A stretch of 64,000 nucleotides of DNA from Heteronotia binoei (GCF_032191835.1 NC_083241.1:1178001-1242000), one strand, 5' to 3'; numbered from the stretch's first letter, positions 1 to 12,012 are shown. Notes: generated by a model from the letters alone, not told the origin. Numbers and translations are program-made.

Positions 1-52
1 GCAGCAGGAACTTCCCCACTGCCAAATGCAGCAGCTTCCAAAGAAGAGCTGT

Positions 53-72
53 AAACACACACACACACACAC
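53..72 (+). repeat. (CA)n microsatellite
   Basis: Direct reading. Other simple repeats: (GT)n at 56725-56744 and 61266-61292, (TTG)n at 57658-57688. Confidence 0.9.
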
Positions 73-654
73 GGCTCAGAAGCCTGGCTGAGTCTCACTG
101 CATCGGGTGGAGATGGGATGTGTGCTGCTTGGCTAAACTAAGCATCTACAAGAGCCAAGGAGCGACCAGAATTTCTGCCCTTGTGTCCTGGACTGCCGCA
201 GTTAACCATTCTCAGCCAAAGCACACAGAAGAGGACTCTGCCCAGCTGATCCAGCCCCCAAGCACTTGGAAAACCCAGTGGCCATCACTTGCTAAGAGAA
301 GCGGGACTTCGGGATGCTTTCTTATCTGCTATGGACCCATTCTCTTCCTCACTCAGCCCTCCCTAGGTAAAATCCCTCCAGATGGGGACAGCTTCTTCTG
401 TAGAATCACTGCAAGTCATGCAGCTGTTAAAGGCACAAGACCTCTGGTGGGGGGAAAAACAACTGGCAGTTGCCTTTAGAACTTGCAGAGCTGCTCAAAG
501 AAATAAAAAAGGCCAGGATCACACACAACCTTATCTTACACTGTTCATCTCAAAGCCATCATCAGCTGCTGTTGTTTACAGACACAGACCAGAGTCTCTC
601 CCTCTAACCTAAAATCTTTTGCCTTAGAAACAGGGTGAAAAGCAATTCAGTTTT

Positions 655-990
655 ATGCCAGAATGACTGGACCGCCAAAACGACAAGCAAGTGGGTTCTA
701 GATCGAAACAACTCTGGACTCTCCCCACAAGCTAAAATGACTGAACTGAGGCTATTGTACTTTGGTCACATTACGAAAAGACAAGGGACACATTACGAAA
801 AGACAATCGTGCTAGGAAAAGTGGGAGGCGGCAGGAAAAGAGATGGAGGGACTCCATCAACGAAGCCCCAACTCTCAGTCTGCAAGACCTGAGCAAGGCT
901 GTCAAAGACAGGATGCTTTGGAAGTCGTTAATTCATAGTGTTGCCATAAGTCGGAAACGATTTGATGTCGCTTAACAAACACAACACAAC
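655..990 (+). mobile_element. RTE-BovB LINE 3' fragment
   Basis: Degenerate C-terminal ORF (WTAKTTSKWVLD...KLRLLYFGH...EKTIVLGKVGG), followed by an (ACA)n-like tail. Confidence 0.85.
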
Positions 991-1400
991 TGTGGAAGAG
1001 CCGAAGAAGCAGGAAGCTGGTGCTGAGTTCCTGCCTTCTTTGTTTAAAAAAAATATAGAAAGGCCTATTTTTAACTTGTCTTGGCATGAGATTAGCTCAC
1101 CTTACAAAAGCCCTCTTCAGACCTCAGAATCCCCAGACCACAGTTTGAGAAATGCTGATTTACGTCACACTTTCGCTTGCAAGATGCTTTTGCGAGATTG
1201 CCCTTCAACCTTCCTATGTTGCAGGCCTCTGCTCTTCCCATTGTGCAAGTGGGAATCTGAGCCAGAAAGAAATCTGGCCAAACAGCAGTAATAATGAACT
1301 GCAAACCACATGACCCATGCAGAACAGAGAACTCGCTCCACTCCACTTTAGCCATTGGCCCATTCTGTCCTCAAAGGAATCCTGACCCTCACCAAAGTAC

Positions 1401-1645
1401 CTGAATCCACACAGGCTCCTCTGTGGGGCCAGGAGAGGTGAGATTCTCCCAGTTTCCTGTTCGCTCATAGGTGAAGGTTGTCCCAGCCACCGGGTAATCC
1501 CCATTCCACTGGATGGTCCAGTCACCATTCAGGAAGTATTTCTTTGGATCTTCGCTTCTCAAAGCCAGGAAGTTCTCAGCCTCAGCCACTTCCTCAATCT
1601 GGATCTCTCGTGCTCCAGCTGGGATCAACCCAACATCGACATAAC
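1401..1645 (-). CDS. ADAMTS7: ADAMTS7 exon 15, spacer domain ([19 protein letters not shown]...EPVWIQ)
   Basis: gacag acceptor, GTACTT donor, 245 nt. Confidence 0.95.
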
Positions 1646-2286
1646 CTGTCCAGGAGAATGAACTGTCAAGGGAAGAGGGTGAAGTAACCCTAGCAAGAAA
1701 GAGGAGGACAGGCCCTTGTTTCGGAGTTCCACTACAGCTGGACCCTTTGGAGTGTTTGCCCCTTCCCAGGCATTCGGTGAAGAACTCTCAACAAACAGCC
1801 AACTGTTTTTGAGGCTGCAGCCCCCTTTGGAATCCTGACGTTTTATCGTGGACACAGCCAGGAGGTAAAGCCAGCCACAAAGTGGCTCCCACAGTGAAAA
1901 TCCTTGGGTTGTGTTGGTGACAGTGCTGCCAAAGGAACATTTTTTAAAACTTTGCACAGCCTATCAAATCAGAGACCTTCCTGGGCAAAAGTCACACCTG
2001 GTCCCACCCACCTGACATAAACACTTGATGGGCACCAGAAGATGTGCCAAGGAGTGCACTAAAGTACCCCTGCACTAAGGGGTGAATGGCTTCTATGAGG
2101 CCTGTTTTCCTGCCCAAAAATCTGCTTGAAATGCTGACCTTCCGAAGGTCTTGCTCTTGATCCACAAGCTGCATTTTCTCTTTCCTGTCACCTAGCTGCT
2201 ATCAGTGTGTACTGTCATCATCACAGCACACCAAAGACGGAGATATTCAGTCCCCCCCAAGAGACAGATCTGGCCCCCAAACTCAC

Positions 2287-2407
2287 CCCGCCCCTCGCTC
2301 TTCTCAAAGGTCTTCTTAACAGTTTGACAAGTGGACCCATCCCCTTGGCAGACGCCACACCGGTCCTCCACTGCGTAGGAGTCGATTTCAAAGTCACAGC
2401 CGATGTT
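2287..2407 (-). CDS. ADAMTS7: ADAMTS7 exon 14 ([27 protein letters not shown]...EGR)
   Basis: ctttcag acceptor, GTGAGT donor, 121 nt. Confidence 0.95.
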
Positions 2408-2649
2408 CTGAAAGACAGGGCAGGGCAGTCAAGGGCAGGCCAGAATCCCAGTCACCACACACATTAACAGAATTACAGCCTTCTGCACCCACTGACTTCA
2501 CAAGACACTGAAGGGTGTAACTCTGCTTGGGTTCCCACTGAAAGGACAGGGAGTGATGATCAACAGTGGCTACGAGGTCCAGTTTCCAAGGACAATCACA
2601 TGGTCCAATCAAAAGATGGATCTACTCAGAGGGGGTGTGGATCACACCC

Positions 2650-3185
2650 AAATACAAATGAATGATCGAAGTAGGATGAATCCGAACCAGACCAGACACT
2701 GGAGAAGACAATAATGCTAGGAAAAGTTGAAGGCAGTAGTGAAAGGGTAAAAAACCTGACAAGGTGGAAAGCTCCCGTGGAAGACACCAGGACCCTGCGG
2801 GATCTTTTACAATTTTGCAGGGCCTGCAAAGCAGAGATGTTCCAGCAGGCTTTTGCTTGAGGACGGCAACAGTTGCCGGGCTGGCACTCTTTCCCCTCTT
2901 GAGGGAGGGGGGTGTCTCCCTGCCCCAGTTCAGAATCTAGAAAGCAGACTGGTAGCAAGTTATAACAAGTGCCATTGGGCTGAAATTGTTTTTAAGCTGA
3001 TTTTATTGCGGATTATTCATGTTTTACTGTTGTACGTGAGATGGACTGACTCAATAAAGGAAGCCAAGGCCTTCAGTTTGCAGGATCTGAGCAAGACTGT
3101 TAACAACAGGGCATTTTAGAGGCCATTAATTCATAGGGTGGCCCTAAGTCAGAAGCGATTTGATGGAACACACATACACACACGC
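2650..3185 (+). mobile_element. RTE-BovB 3' fragment interrupted by an L2 3' fragment (about 2765-3045)
   Basis: LEKTIMLGKVEG-coding half before, and RWTDSIKEA..LQDLSKTVN half after, an insert containing the L2-type gcagggcctgcaaagcagagatgttcc. Confidence 0.7.
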
Positions 3186-3696
3186 ACACCCTGTAAGGAG
3201 AAACCAGTATTTTTTGTAACATGCCAACTATCCCAGACCCCTGCTCAAACTACATCCGATAGTATCAAATCTATCCGATAGTATCAAATCTGCATTTGAG
3301 TTCTAACTCAACAGATTCTGGCTGGAATCTGCCCTTGAATTTTTTCCCGCTGAAGCCATGCAACCTTTAAAGCTATTACAGAACATCCATGGAGACTCCG
3401 CTTCTTCCTCCACTTGTTTCCATTGGTAATGCCTTGATGGTGCATTGACAAGACAATTGGATTGTTCTTGGTTGAGAGAAGGACCAGAAAAATGGGCCGG
3501 CACTACCTGCCCGTCCACTTTTCTCCTTGACCAGCCTATTCTTCTCCTTCCACCATGTCAAACACATCATTCCAAAGATCAGAATCAGAGTTGTGATTTT
3601 TCTACGCAAGCCCACCTGGCTCTCCTGATGTGGCTGACCAGGCTTTCAGATTCTGCCATCGCCCAACCCCTGCAAAGAGACCAGGCCTCAGCTTAC

Positions 3697-3830
3697 TTTA
3701 CAGATCCCGTTGATACACATGTCCCGGCTGGAGTTCCCTTCAAAGCAAGGAGTCCCGTCAACAACTGCATCACGGAGCTTCTCTGAGAAGAACTCATTCT
3801 CTGGACGACAGTGCAGTTCACAGGGATTAA
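3697..3830 (-). CDS. ADAMTS7: ADAMTS7 exon 13 ([28 protein letters not shown]...INGICK)
   Basis: tctgcag acceptor, GTAAGC donor, 134 nt. Confidence 0.95.
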
Positions 3831-4557
3831 CTGCAGAGGCCAAAGAGAACAAGCAAGTCACTTGTCAGCTCAGCAGCATTCAGCTGCCTCCTTCCTTCCG
3901 CCAAAGTCCCTCAGAGATGCAGCACTCAGAAACCAGATCTGGGCCAGCACATGGTCAATGAAGCTTACACAGCAAGATCTATCCATACCTCCAGCCAAGC
4001 CCTGTGCTTCAGAGATAGGCCCCTTCCTAAATCCAAAGTCTACTAGATAATCTAATCTGGGTGGAAACTAGTTCCTCACCCAACTATGGTGTTCAGTCAG
4101 TCCCTGAGTAGCATGCAAGGCCAAACAAAGGGGGAGGGCAGGAGGTAGGAGAACATCTCTTCACTGCATCTGGATCCAGCTCAGCTGGAAATCCCTTCCC
4201 AAAGAACAAAGTATTTCACCGGCTACCACACCAAACACCTTCTTTTTAAACGTGAAAGTCGCCAAGGCTTTGCTAGTTAAGAGTGTTCTTCGCACACTAG
4301 CTCTAGATAGAAGTGTGATCCCAGCAGGCAGAAGGCACATGCAGATCAAAGAGCAGATTCCCCCATCAGGGGAGAACGGGATATAAATTTGATAAAATAA
4401 AATAAAAATAAATAGGTGACTCGAGCAGGTCAACCAGGCTGCATATAGCAAAAGAAGCACTTACCAGCATTAGGCTTCCAACACAAATGTGCAAAAAGTC
4501 CTGCAAACCCCTCCCAATCTTTATCACTCTGCTTACACAATGCAAAAAGATGCTTAC

Positions 4558-4727
4558 TGTTATTAGGAACTGGGGTCCACTTGTACAGTTTTCCTTTGTA
4601 GGGTCGGGAATCAAAGTGGCTGCACTGGATGTGGCGGAAAGACAGCTGGTTCACGGGGCAGGTCTTCATGCTGCAAACCCGGAAGCGTTTTCGTTCCCCA
4701 ACGCAATATTTGCCACCGTATTTTGGC
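4558..4727 (-). CDS. ADAMTS7: ADAMTS7 exon 12 (PKYGGKYCVGERKRFRVC...WTPVPNN)
   Basis: caccag acceptor, GTAAGC donor, 170 nt. Confidence 0.94.
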
Positions 4728-5283
4728 CTGGTGTTCGAAAAGAGAAGCCAGATAAGAGACACAATGCAGGTGGCATTTCCTCCATGTCGAGCAGTCCCTG
4801 GGAGGAAAAGACGGTCCTGAGAAGTGGGCAGAAAGCAGATGGAGATGGTTCTACTGCTGAAACTGAGGCGGGAGAATCTGAGCTGGGCCCACTCAGGGGT
4901 GGGGGACGGAGGCATGGCTGGCCCCTTGCCCACCAGCTGCCAACCCCACCCCCCAATCTTGTTGTTCAATGCTTCTGCATTCTCCAAAGTCAGCATAACT
5001 ACATCGCTCCAAAGAAATAAACAAATCGAAGAACAATCTCGACATAAATGCAAGAAGCTTTCAGGGTTAAACTAACACTAAAGTGAGGGTAGATCCAGGT
5101 GGACAGCAGTGTTCCCTCTATGCTGAGTTAGTATGAGCTAGCTCACCATTTCTTAGCCTTCGGCTCACCCATTTTTGTCTTAGGAAGGATGGCCACAGAG
5201 CAAACTAATTTATGCAGTAGCTCACAGCTTGAACGCCAGTTGCTTGCAAAGTAGAATTTTTGCCCACACCGGTGGGCAAAAAA

Positions 5284-5424
5284 ACAAAGCTGGAGTCTTT
5301 GGTGGCAACATTAAGACCAACAAAGTTTTATTCAAAGTGTGAGGAAGTGCACTTGGCACACTGAAGCTCACACTTTGAATAAAACTTTGTTGGTCTTAAA
5401 GGTGCCACTGGACTCCAACTTTGT
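5284..5424. mobile_element. Penelope-type short foldback (about 60-bp inverted arms)
   Basis: ttaagaccaacaaagttttattcaaagtgtgag ... ctcacactttgaataaaactttgttggtcttaa. Confidence 0.7.
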
Positions 5425-5610
5425 ATAGGGGGTGGGGGCAGCTGTTTGTAACAATTGATTTGAACTGCTGGTTTAAAAGAAGTCTCCCCTCTTGGAGCTC
5501 ATATCTTTCCTGAACAAATTTGCAAAAAAAAATTGTTTTCTATAACAGAAAATATATCCAGGTGGGCAGTCGCGATGGTCTGAGGCAACGAAACAAAGTG
5601 GGAGTCCAGT

Positions 5611-5906
5611 GGCCAGTTGGTGTAGTGGTTAAGTGTGCAGACTCTAATCTGGGAGAACCAGCTTTGATTCTGCACTTCTTCTCCACGTGCACCTGCTGGA
5701 GTGACCTTGAGTCAGTCACAGTTCTTGAAAGAGCTGCTCTCTCAAGAGCAGTTCTCTGAGAGTTCTCTCAGCTCCACCTACTTCACAGGGTGTCTATTGT
5801 GGGGAGAGGAAGGGAAAGGAGATTGTAAGCCACACTGAGTGAAGGGCAAGGTATAAATCCAATCTCCTTGCCGCCTCCTCCTCCTCCTCCTCCTTCTTCT
5901 TCTTCT
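5611..5906 (+). mobile_element. tRNA-derived MIR/Ther1-related SINE (Squam3-like), full length
   Basis: A-box ggtgtagtggtt, B-box-like segment, cacagggtgtctattgtg core, (CCT/CTT)n tail. Confidence 0.8.
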
Positions 5907-6299
5907 AATATTAAGTTTTATTCAACATGTAAGCTTTTGTGTTCCTGCAAATATATTTGGTTTGTGCCTCTGCAGAAGCTAATTAATCCAAAATTACATG
6001 ACTTTTATATAGCAGAATGATGTCTGCTTGAAGACTAAACACAAATATCTGTTTACCAATTCCAGCGGGGCAACTATGTTAGTCTGTTCCAGAAAAATAA
6101 AAAAAAAATCTGTTGCCACCTTCTAGGCTAGATCATCTGAATATTTTGAGCCAAAAGCTCTAGTCCATGGAAGCTTAGATTGCAATACATCTGTTCAGCT
6201 TTAATGTGCCACCCAGCCTCTTCTTGAAATTTTGGCTTCCCCACCTTATTATTATTGTTGTTACATTCTATTCCACCTATAGCTAAAGCTCTCTAGTTA

Positions 6300-6600
6300 G
6301 TCTACAAGTATAAAACAGTAAAATACATTAAACATAATATTAATACAAAATAACATAAGAACAGTAAAAAATAATAAAGACAGTAAAACCAATGAACAGA
6401 GGCACCTAATTAATTGTTTCAGGCCCCTGAATGGTCAAAGAGATCTTTAAAGGCCTTGGTGAAGAGGGCTGTATTCTGGCACAGAAGATGGCAAATTTGG
6501 TGTCAGGCAGGCTGCAGCAGGGAGATTGATCTAAAGTCAGGGGGCCACCACCGAAAAGGACACTAAGCAGGATCACTTCCTTGAAAACTAATGAAGCAAT
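6300..6600 (-). mobile_element. Old L2 LINE 3' fragment
   Basis: Reverse strand resembles the L2 C-terminal region (LSVLFGGGPLTLDQSPCCSLPD) plus an AT-rich 3' UTR. Confidence 0.55.
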
Positions 6601-8923
6601 CCAATGCCCAGGACTGAAAGGCAAGCGTATGTCATGGTTATGTCCAGGAAACCCAGGTATGCTTCCCCCTTCTACCATGGAAACTCACTGGGACACCTTG
6701 GGCCAGTCACACACTCTCAGCCTAGCTTACCTCACCGGGTTGTTGTGAAGATAAAATGGAGGCGGGGGAAACAATGGAAGCGGCTTTGGGTCCCCACTTG
6801 GGAGAAGGGAGGGTACAAATGAATAAAATAATGATAAAAATAATATACTCCTGGCCAGTATTGATGTGACGGTGGGACAGTTCTACGTGGACCCCTTGTA
6901 GTTTTTGTTAATTGCAGCTACAGTGGAAGAACCCTTGGCACTGGGAACAGGAACGGAGGGGTGTTTACCCTCCCCCCACCACTGCTTTCCTGATGCAAAT
7001 TTCTCTCCCCCCTTCACTGGCCTCAAGGAAGGAAAACATCTGCATTATCACATGCTGTGCCCTTCATATTCCCTCCCCCCCACACACACACACCCCAGCT
7101 GCTGCTGACTTAAACTTCTTCATGTCAACGGCTGTTCTGGGCCCTTATTTAGACATAAATTCCACTGAGCAACATGGGATATTCCTTCCAAATCAAAATG
7201 CCTGGCATTCGCTTCCAAGTGTCCAGATCCTTCCAGAAGCAAGAGACTGCAAGGCCACAAAAAGGGAAGGAAATGTCCTTGCTGTCTGCTTTTCTATTTG
7301 AGAACAAATCCAAGCAGAGGGAAGGCACGATAGAGAAGGACCAAGGCTGCCCACCTGGGTCCCATGGGTGAGATACAGGATGGCATCTCCCGGCTCCCAG
7401 ACCACGCAGGGACTTTCTGGTGCTTGGTCCCGCCATAAGATGCAGCTCCCTGGGCCACTGACGGGGTCTGTTCTATTAAATTCAGACCATCTCTCTTTTG
7501 ATTCTGTAAACAAGTTCATTGTTCACCCAATTTAAATTCTAAAAAAATCTGATTTAAAATTAAAACACCTGATTTGATTTTTGGGAGATTCTGTATAAAC
7601 AAATCCCGCCCCCCTTGTACCTGTGTGAAGCAATGAAATAAGATGAAGCGATGGCCATAGATTTCCTGTTTGGCTTGGGCAGTATGCTCTGCACAGGGGG
7701 GGTGAGGTGGGGCGGCGTGGGGTGGAGGAATGCTGTTGCATGAATTTTTGCGCTGTGTTAGGGAGGGGAGAGATTGGCTGATAACAGACACCCAAATTAC
7801 AATTATTGCTTTGCTGTCTTTTTATCCTTCCAAAAGAAGCTGCTCATCTCTCAACAGATTTCAATAACAGTTCGAAGCAATTCTGACCAGAGTGACTCAT
7901 TCACAGTAAAAACAACAGCAACATACAGCATAATGTATGTGAAACCAAGCCCCCTTCCTCCCACCCCTCTGTCCTCTGCTGGAAAACAAGAGCTGCTTTC
8001 AGGAGCAGCCCCCCACATGCCTGAATCACCATTGCTGACCGAAGTTTGAAGAAAAATGCATCCAAGCCGGGGGGGGGGGGGGGGGGGAGGGGGGCAAGAG
8101 AAGGCCTTCTGATTCTGTGTGACACCACATCCCACCGTGGCCGTGTGAAGTTCGGCTGTGAGGGAGCTCGATGCTCAACCCAAAGCTTTTGCCTTCATGG
8201 GGGGGGGGCAGGGGGAGGGGTGTCAAGGAGCCAGGTCCTCAGTGGGGGAGAAAGATGGAAAGGGTCTTGTAGAACTATGCACTAGTCAGATCTCTGTGTG
8301 GGGAGGAACGACAAGTGAATGCAACACAATCTGCTGTCCAAACTGAACGCAGCCATGAGGCTGCTGGACAAGTCCTCCCCTAGCCCCAATCTGGCCCTCT
8401 GCCCCCTAAGATTCTGCCCCTCCTGCTCAGAGCTGGGGAAGCCACGTATCTAAGAGCAGCAAGTGGTGTTCAGCACTTCATGAAATGCCTACCAAGCTTC
8501 ACCACACCCAAACAAGAGCCTCGTTTTACTGGAAGGGAGAGGGCTCATAACGCATACCCCCGCCCTAATTTCTCCCCCTCCCCCACACCAGGATGCCACA
8601 AACTCCACAGTATTTTCTCTGCCGTGGTTGCCGGGGGGGGGGGGGGAGGGGGGAGAAAGAAGCATTTCAGTCTGCAGTCTCCTTCCCCAGGCCTTTTGAG
8701 CTGAGATGTGGGGCAGGCCCCTTTGCTGCTTGAAGAATCTTGAAGGGAGGGAAATTGGGGCAGAAAAATATCCGACTTCCCTCCCCTCCCCAGCCCCACT
8801 GCAGATTCTGGCCTCCTGCACCTCTCCAGTGGAATGGCTGCCTGACACATGGAGGGCTTCACTCAGCCAGAAACGGGGGGCAGCAGAATTCTCTCCATGG
8901 CTGGAGGGTTGCTTTGCGTCACT

Positions 8924-9209
8924 GGAGAGCCAGTTTGGTGTAGTGGTTAAGTGTGCGGACTCTTATCTGGGAGAACCGGGTTTGATTCCCCACTCCTCCA
9001 CTTGCACCTGCTGGAATGGCCTTGGGTCAGCCATAGCTCTGGCAGAGGTTGTCCTTGAAAGGGCAGCTGCTGTGAGAGCCCTCTCCAGCCCCACCCACCT
9101 CACAGGGTGTCTGTTGTGGGGGAGGAAGGTAAAGGAGATTGTAAGCCGCTCTGAGACTCTTCGGAGTGGAGGGCGGGATATAAATCCAATATCTTCTTCT
9201 TCTTCTTCT
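8924..9209 (+). mobile_element. Squam3-like SINE, full-length monomer (reference copy for the arrays)
   Basis: ggagagccagtttggtgtagtggttaag head, ggtttgattccc B-box, gggcgggatataaatccaat(ctt)n tail. Confidence 0.88.
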
Positions 9210-9433
9210 ACTTGAGAAAATAACATTTCCCTATATCCCTAGTTCCCACACAGGCACACACTTTGCCTATGCAGCTAGCCCCCCTTTCCTCCTGGATTGG
9301 TTGGGGGGGGGGGCGGTGTGCGTTTCTGCTTTGCTGTGAGAAGAAGCCAGATAGAGGACAGCAAGGAACTGCCAGTGGGGAGAGAACTGCCTGACCTGGA
9401 GGTTCCCTCCAGCCTCCAGTTCCTCCCCAAGGT

Positions 9434-10717
9434 GGGGAGGGACGGTGGCTCAGTGGCAGAGCATCTGCTTGGCAAGCAGAAGGTCCCAGGTTCAATCCCC
9501 AGCATCTCCAACTAAAAAGGGTCCAGGCAAGTAGGCGTGGAAAACCTCAGCTTGAGACCCTGGAGAGCCATGAATGGGGCTGTGGCTCAGTGGTAGAGCA
9601 TCTGCTGGGTAAGCAGAAGGTCCCAGGTTCAATCCCCGGCATCTCCAACTCAAAAGGGTCCAGGCAAGTAGGTGTGAAAACCCTCAGCTTGAGACTCTGG
9701 AGAGCCATGAATGGGGCTGTGGCTCAGTGGTAGAGCATCTGCTTGGGAAGCAGAAGGTCCCAGGTTCAATCCCCGGCACCTCCAACTAAAAAGGGTCCAG
9801 GCAAGTAGGTGTGAAAACCCTCAGCTTGAGACTCTGGAGAGCCATGAATGGGGCTGTGGCTCAGTGGTAGAGCATCTGCTTCGGAAGCAGAATGTCCCAG
9901 GTTCAATCCCCAGCATCTCCAACTAAAAAGGGTCCAGGCAAGTAGGCGAGAAAAACCTCAGCTTGAGACCCTGGAGAGCCATGAATGGGGCTGTGGCTCA
10001 GTGGTAGAGCATCTGCTTGGGAAGCAGAATGTCCCAGGTTCAATCCCCGGCATCTCCAACTAAAAAGGGTCCAGGCAAGTAGGCGAGAAAAACCTCAGCT
10101 TGAGACCCTGGAGCGCCATGAATGGGGCTGTGGCTCAGTGGTAGAGCATCTGCTTGGGAAGCAGAAGGTCCCAGGTTCAATCCCCGGCATCTCCAACTAA
10201 AAAGGGTCCAGGCAAGTAGGCGTGGAAAACCTCAGCTTGAGACCCTGGAGAGCCTTGAATGGGGCTGTGGCTCAGTGGCAGAGCATCTGCTTGGGAAGCA
10301 GAAGGTCCCAGGTTCAATCCCTGGCATCTCCAACTAAAAAGGGTCCAGGCCGGAGAGCCATGAATGGGGCTGTGGCTCAGTGGGAGAGCATCTGCTTGGG
10401 AGCAGAAGATCCCAGGTTCAATCCCTGGTTTCTCCAACTCAAAAGGGTCCAGGCAAGTAGGCATGAAAAACTTCAGCTTGAGACCCTGGAGAGCCATGAA
10501 TGGGGCTGTGGCTCAGTGGCAGAGCATCTGCTTGGTAAGCAGAAGGTCCAAGGGTCAATCCCCAGCATCTCCAACTAAAAAGGGTCCAGGCAAGGAGGCG
10601 TGGAAAACCTCAGCTGGAGACCCTGGAGAGCCGCTGCCAGCCTGAGTAGACAACACTGGCTTTGATAGACCAAGGGTCTGATTCAGTATAAGGCAGCTTC
10701 ATATGTTCACATGTTCA
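9434..10717 (+). repeat. Tandem array of 9 tRNA-Ala-like SINE heads (137-bp unit) ending in one complete SINE body and tail
   Basis: gctcagtgg at 9448, 9585, 9722, 9859, 9996, 10133, 10270, 10375 and 10511. Tail aggcagcttcatatgttcacatgttca. Confidence 0.92.
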
Positions 10718-10746
10718 AGGTGGTACTTGTGAGCAGAGTCACTTAC

Positions 10747-10892
10747 GTGGGCTTGTTGCATTGCCGCTCCGCGTTCTGCAGTCCAGCACCACAGGTCCGT
10801 GAGCAGGCTGCCCAGGAGCTCCACGCACTCCAGCCACCATTGATGGATTCTGGCCGGTACCCCATATGCACGCACTCCCCATTGAAGCACCA
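10747..10892 (-). CDS. ADAMTS7: ADAMTS7 exon 11, TSR1 (WCFNGECV...[19 protein letters not shown]...CNKP)
   Basis: ttcccag acceptor, GTAAGT donor, 146 nt, WxxWxxW and CSRTCG thrombospondin motifs. Confidence 0.95.
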
Positions 10893-11051
10893 CTGGGAAG
10901 AAAGGGGGAGGCAGGATCAAGTCAAGCCAGCAGGCACAGCAGATAAACAATACCCTCAATGGCCACTCCCTCTAAAATCATCAGGGGCTCATGAGCACAC
11001 AGTCCAGTTCAGCTCTGAGATATCAGAGCACAGCAGAGGGCAGAGACCTCG

Positions 11052-11130
11052 GGGGAGGGGCTGTGGCTCAGTGGCAGAGCAACTGCTTGGCATGCAGAGG
11101 GTTCCAGGTTCAGTCCCCGGGATCTCCAGA
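11052..11130 (+). mobile_element. Isolated tRNA-Ala-like SINE head
   Basis: ggggaggggctgtggctcagtggcagagc...ggttcagtccccgggatctcca. Confidence 0.7.
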
Positions 11131-11162
11131 TAAAAGAATCAGACAGTGGATGGTGTATTCAT

Positions 11163-11615
11163 GTAGAAAAGAGAAAGAGTCCAGTAGCACCTTAAAGGCC
11201 AACAAAATTTGTGATAGGATATGAGCTTTCATGAGTCACTGCTCGCTTCTTCAGATACAGCTAGAATGTAAGTCCATCTGACCTATATATTGGAAAGTGG
11301 AGTGATGCCTGATGTCAAATGTCATTAGCAAGCAAATGACAATAGCAGGCATGATTGGATTAGGTGATATATGCAGAGGGGTGCTAGGTGTGGAGAAAGC
11401 AGCACTGGGATTGAAACAGGAAACCTAGGTCTTGATTCAGTCCAGGTGGATGCATTGTTTTGAGCTTCATTATCAGTTGCAATTCAGCAGTCTCTTTCTA
11501 ATCTCCCTTTGAAATCCTTTTGTAACATAACTGCTCCTACCCTACCATAAATTTTGTTAGTCTTTTGGAGTCTTCCTCTTTTCTACTGCTACAAACAAAG
11601 CTACCCATCTTCATG
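11163..11615. mobile_element. Penelope-like element remnant with inverted ends and a degraded hammerhead-like motif (- strand, 11221-11260)
   Basis: gagtccagtagcaccttaaaggccaacaaaattt is mirrored by aaattttgttagtc at about 11550. CTGAAGA..GAAAGCTC core on the - strand. Confidence 0.65.
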
Positions 11616-11703
11616 GGTCTTTCAATGTTTCATTAACATTCTTGATAACACCCCCCCAAGGAAAGTAAGAACAAATGAAAGACAAAAAACTAAAGAATGC
11701 CTA

Positions 11704-11905
11704 CTTAAGAACATAAGAACATAAGTGAAGCCATGTTGGATCAGGCCAACGGCCCATCCAGTCCAACACTCTGTGTCACACAGTGGCAAAAAATTTTATA
11801 TATACACACAGACTGTGGCTAATAGCCACTGATGGACCTGTGCTCCATATTTTTATCTAAACCCCTCTTGAAGGTGGCTATACTTGTGGCCGCCACCACC
11901 TAGTC
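11704..11905 (-). mobile_element. CR1 LINE 3' end, single (non-arrayed) copy
   Basis: aagaacataagaacataagtgaagccatgttggatcagg 3' terminus, then body coding FKRGLDKNMEHRSISGY-like sequence. Confidence 0.85.
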
Positions 11906-12012
11906 GCCATTAGAATACTGTGCCCCAGGGAAAGAATCCCCAAAGCCCTTTGACAGACCTCAGCCTTAAAAAGCATTCTAGAAACAAGGAGAATGAGAGT
12001 TATTAGATTTTC

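Noticed and set aside
1-1400. ADAMTS7 exon 16
   Set aside because: I found no LLFQE.NPG-type coding segment with splice sites; it presumably lies left of the window.
9434-10717. Cluster of genuine tRNA genes
   Set aside because: Constant C5:U68-type mismatch, frequent T-stem mismatch, no T-run terminators, anticodons inconsistent with the Ala-type body, and the last unit continues into a SINE tail also found dispersed elsewhere.
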